Source of the DNA: an uncultured Candidatus Binatia bacterium
GTDB lineage: Bacteria > Desulfobacterota > Binatia > Bin18
Assembly: GCA_965200965.1 (NCBI GenBank)
Contig: OZ241744.1
Coordinates: 800,001-864,000 of the forward strand
DNA length: 64,000 bases
Reading direction: 5' to 3'
A program made the position numbers and the translations under genes. Below are positions 61,482-64,000 of the stretch, piece by piece. Positions within the stretch are counted from its first letter, which is position 1. Each line of letters starts with the position of its first letter. The notes below the pieces were generated by a model, which saw nothing but the letters and a program-made list of their open reading frames with translations, ran no database searches and had not been told where the DNA came from.

Positions 61482-62924
61482 TCACTTGAGTTTTTTCTTC
61501 AAGATCTGGTTCAGGAGTTGCGGGTTGGCTTTGCCCTGCATGGCCCGCATGACCTGACCGACAAAAAAGCCGAGCAGCTTGTCTTTGCCGCCCTGGTAGG
61601 CCATGACTTTGTCGGGATGGGCAGCCATGACCCGGTCGATCTGGGCTTCGAGGGCTGCACTATCGCTGATCTGAAGCAGTCCTTTGGCCTTGATGATCGC
61701 CTCCGGCGGCTGGCCGCTTGCGGTCATGTCGGCAAAGACGGTTTTGGCAATTGTGCCGCTGATCTTGCCGTCGTGAATACAGATGACGAGCTGTGCCAGG
61801 TGTTCCGGCGGGCACGGCCAGCGGGGGATATGCAGCCGGTTGTCAAGTTTGTCGTCTTTGAGCGTGCGCAGCACGCTGTCCATGACCCAGTTGCTCAGCG
61901 CTTTTGGATCAACCGGCTGGGCGCGCAGTGCCTTTTCATAATAGTCGGCAACCTCCTTGTGGGCGGTTAAGACCGCAGCGTCATAGGCCGGCAAGCCGTA
62001 CTCCTGGATAAAGCGCGTCTGCCGCTCGGTCGGTAGCTCGGGCAGGCCGGCTCTGATATCTGCCACCCAGCCATCGTCAACCACCAGGGGCAGGAGGTCC
62101 GGGTCGGGAAAATAGCGATAATCGTGGACGAACTCCTTGCTGCGCATGGAGCGGGTGATTTCACGCTCGGCGTCCCACAGCCGTGTTTCCTGTACAATTT
62201 TTTCGCCCGACTCGGTGGCCTGTGTCTGGCGTTGAATCTCGTACTGGATGGCCTTTTCGACCGCTCGAAATGAGTTAACATTTTTAATTTCGGTTCGTGT
62301 GCCAAACTCGGTGCTGCCACGCGGTCGGATCGACACATTGGCGTCACAGCGCAGGCTGCCTTCTTCCATGTTGCCGTCGCATACTTCGAGGTAGCGCAGC
62401 AGGCTGCGCAGGGTACGCATATACGCCCCGGCTTCTTCGGGGTTGCGGATATCCGGCTCGCTGACAATCTCTAAGAGGGGGACGCCGGTCCGGTTCAGGT
62501 CTACTAAACTGGCGTCGCTCTGGGCGTCGTGAATATTCTTGCCGGCGTCCTCCTCCATATGAATCCGGGTCAGGCCTACCCGTTTGGTCTGCTCGCCAAG
62601 TGGCACGTCAAGATAGCCGTGCTCGGCGATTGGCAGATCGTACATGCTGATCTGATAGCCCTTGGGCAGGTCCGGGTAAAAATAGTTCTTGCGCGCCCAA
62701 CGGCTGTGGGGCGCAATCCGACAGTGGGTGGCCAGGGCGGTCTTGAGGGCATAGTCGACGACCCGTTTGTTGAGGACCGGCAGCACCCCGGGCAGCCCCA
62801 TACAGACCGGGCAGGTGTTATGGTTGGGCTTGGCTCCAAACCGGGTTGAGCAAGCACAAAATATCTTGGACTCGGTCAACAGTTGGGCGTGGACTTCAAG
62901 GCCAATGACGGGTTCGTGTTCCAT
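61482..62924 (-). CDS. gatB: Asp/Glu-tRNA amidotransferase subunit B
   Basis: [40 protein letters not shown]. Confidence 0.98.
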   Translation of the reverse strand: MEHEPVIGLEVHAQLLTESKIFCACSTRFGAKPNHNTCPVCMGLPGVLPVLNKRVVDYALKTALATHCRIAPHSRWARKNYFYPDLPKGYQISMYDLPIAEHGYLDVPLGEQTKRVGLTRIHMEEDAGKNIHDAQSDASLVDLNRTGVPLLEIVSEPDIRNPEEAGAYMRTLRSLLRYLEVCDGNMEEGSLRCDANVSIRPRGSTEFGTRTEIKNVNSFRAVEKAIQYEIQRQTQATESGEKIVQETRLWDAEREITRSMRSKEFVHDYRYFPDPDLLPLVVDDGWVADIRAGLPELPTERQTRFIQEYGLPAYDAAVLTAHKEVADYYEKALRAQPVDPKALSNWVMDSVLRTLKDDKLDNRLHIPRWPCPPEHLAQLVICIHDGKISGTIAKTVFADMTASGQPPEAIIKAKGLLQISDSAALEAQIDRVMAAHPDKVMAYQGGKDKLLGFFVGQVMRAMQGKANPQLLNQILKKKLK

Positions 62925-62960
62925 ACGCTGTTCTCTCCCTGGCGAACTGGTCATCATCGT

Positions 62961-64000
62961 TCATGTGATGGGCGGTTTTGTCGTGTACCAAGCGGTAGCC
63001 TGCTCATAGGCATAGCCCGCCCGTAGCAGTGTCTCTTCGCCAAACGCTTGTCCAATCAGTTGCAGGCTGATCGGCAGACCCTTTGCGTCAAATCCACACA
63101 GGACCGACAGCCCCGGCAGCCCGGCCAAGTTGACTGCAATCGTAAAAGCATCCGATAAATACATGGTCAAGGGATCGGTCACTTTCTCCCCGATCTGAAA
63201 CGCTGTTGTCGGCGCGGTCGGCGTGGCAATAATATCGCAACGCTCAAACGCGTCCAGAAAATCCTGCCGAATCAATTGGCGCACTTTTTGTGCCTTCAAG
63301 TAGTATGCATCATAATAGCCGGCTGACAAGGCGTAGGTGCCGAGCATAATCCGCCGCTTGACCTCCGGGCCAAATCCCTGGGCTCTGGTCCGGTGGTACA
63401 TCTCGGTCAGGTCCGTAGCCTGCTCTGCCCGATAGCCGTACTTCACCCCGTCGTAGCGGGCCAGATTCGAGCTGGCCTCGGCCGTGGCAATAATGTAGTA
63501 GGCGGCGACAGCGTAGTCGGTATGCGGCAGTGATATCGAAACTGGCTCGGCTCCAAGCGCCTCCAATTCCTCAATCGCGTGGCGTACCGCGCGTTCGACC
63601 TCGGGCTGGACACCTTCCACAAAATACTCTTTGGGAATACCGACTCTGAGGCCCTGTACGCCGCGCTCCAGCGCAGCCTGATAATCCGGCACCGGCAGGT
63701 CAACCGAGGTTGACTCTCGGGGGTCATGGCCGGCAATGACTTGGAGCAGCGTGGCGCAATCCCGCATATCCTTTGTCAGCGGTCCAACCTGATCGAGCGA
63801 TGACGCATAGGCAACGACCCCAAAGCGACTTACCCGGCCATAGCTTGGCTTTAAGCCGACCACGCCGCAAAACGAGGCCGGCAGACGGATTGAGCCACCG
63901 GTGTCGGTGCCCAGTGCTGCCAAGGCCTGGTCGGCCGCAACACAGGCCGCGGACCCGCCCGACGAACCGCCCGGTACTCTGGAGACATCCCACGGATTCC
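62961..64000 (-). CDS. gatA: Asp/Glu-tRNA amidotransferase subunit A (5' end outside window)
   Basis: Amidase signature [35 protein letters not shown]; upstream of gatB. Confidence 0.97.
   Translation of the reverse strand, partial: NPWDVSRVPGGSSGGSAACVAADQALAALGTDTGGSIRLPASFCGVVGLKPSYGRVSRFGVVAYASSLDQVGPLTKDMRDCATLLQVIAGHDPRESTSVDLPVPDYQAALERGVQGLRVGIPKEYFVEGVQPEVERAVRHAIEELEALGAEPVSISLPHTDYAVAAYYIIATAEASSNLARYDGVKYGYRAEQATDLTEMYHRTRAQGFGPEVKRRIMLGTYALSAGYYDAYYLKAQKVRQLIRQDFLDAFERCDIIATPTAPTTAFQIGEKVTDPLTMYLSDAFTIAVNLAGLPGLSVLCGFDAKGLPISLQLIGQAFGEETLLRAGYAYEQATAWYTTKPPIT

Overview
GC-rich bacterial chromosome segment with no rRNA, tRNA, CRISPR array or intact mobile element that I could see. 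Housekeeping blocks are smc-ftsY-zapB-zapA-rny-tyrS-era, guaB-guaA-dnaE-hflX, rnhB-E2-lpdA-lipB-lipA and gatA-gatB. They alternate with accessory lipid/CoA catabolic genes (acyl-CoA dehydrogenases, thiolase-like/DUF35 pair, enoyl-CoA hydratase, luciferase-like monooxygenase, amidohydrolase, VOC proteins) and several decaying pseudogenes. Gene order and content suggest a Desulfobacterota/Binatota-like organism, possibly host-associated (inference only). The best candidate for an undescribed system is a tightly packed operon at 29.5-32.5 kb: a ferritin-like diiron enzyme, a divergent class I HMG-CoA-reductase-like enzyme and a DAG-kinase-family lipid kinase, lying downstream of a CDP-alcohol phosphatidyltransferase, with no other mevalonate genes in the window. 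Other leads are a MesD-like methionine synthase paired with a cupin dioxygenase rather than MesX, a cytochrome b562-like (ANAYH) protein in front of a FadF/EMO-type oxidoreductase, structured leaders before rny and guaB, a stand-alone CimA/LeuA regulatory domain, and a lipoprotein alpha/beta-fold lacking its nucleophile. All family calls were made by eye from motifs; no database searches were run.
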